17,627 bases of DNA, taken from positions 1-17,627 of the forward strand of contig JANNWY010000049.1 in NCBI GenBank assembly GCA_031409335.1, written 5' to 3'. The stretch's first letter is position 1; every line of letters begins with the position of its first letter. Below the pieces are notes generated by a model. The model had not been told where the DNA came from. It searched no databases and saw only the letters and a program-made list of their open reading frames with translations. This document shows, one piece after another, positions 17,495 through 17,627 of this stretch. This stretch comes from Chthoniobacteraceae bacterium (GTDB taxonomy: Bacteria; Verrucomicrobiota; Verrucomicrobiia; Chthoniobacterales; Chthoniobacteraceae). Made by a program: the position numbers and the translations under genes.

Positions 17495-17627
17495 GCCCCC
17501 TCGGCAGAACCACCCACAAAGCAGCTCCCGTATTGACCTCAATCCCCGAATCATCCACCACTCTCACACGCCACCCCGCCATAGCTTAATTGCTAGCCAC
17601 TCTGGCCGGATTCCGGGGTCCACCTCA

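Larger units (their letters stand above)
16100..17627 (+). mobile_element. IS3-family insertion sequence, 1528 bp, apparently complete
   Basis: TG...CA ends. IRL TGAGGTGGACCCCGAAAATCGGGCCAGAG versus reverse-complemented IRR TGAGGTGGACCCCGGAATCCGGCCAGAG. orfA/orfB pair. A target duplication cannot be checked because the window ends at the IRR. Confidence 0.95.

Noticed and set aside
16130..17554. 474-aa minus-strand ORF across the IS
   Set aside because: Antisense shadow of the orfA/orfB transposase.
1..17627. CRISPR array, tRNA, rRNA or integrase
   Set aside because: No regularly spaced repeats, RNA-gene signatures or recombinase motifs seen by eye.

Overview
High-GC bacterial DNA; the gene content points to the PVC superphylum, most likely Verrucomicrobia (inference). 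The window is a mosaic. (1) The backbone of an integrative or mobilisable element on the minus strand: a VirD4/TraG-like coupling-protein remnant, a replication-relaxation (Replic_Relax) gene and a CHC2 zinc-finger primase-like gene. The primase-like gene runs off the left edge and is absent from the supplied ORF track. (2) A lower-GC two-gene Gabija-type defence cassette (OLD-family ATPase/TOPRIM nuclease plus UvrD-like helicase) inserted in the opposite orientation between the relaxase and the primase. (3) A four-gene exported-protein operon (Tat-type DUF1501; PPC-domain protein; Ig-like + DUF1549/DUF1553; cytochrome-c + WD40 + long Ala-rich tail) bracketed by two ~90% identical 154-bp direct repeats, each the 5' end of the relaxase gene. 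(4) A 50-bp palindromic junction where the 3' halves of two different coupling-protein-like genes, both cut just before the IDEFH Walker B motif, diverge back-to-back from a 20-bp TTATGTGG-ACCA-CCACATAA core. (5) A complete IS3-family element that ends exactly at the window end, with an A7 frameshift site and a long 3' hairpin. The most unusual signals are (4) and the repeats around (3). All family names come from motif recognition by eye, not from database searches.
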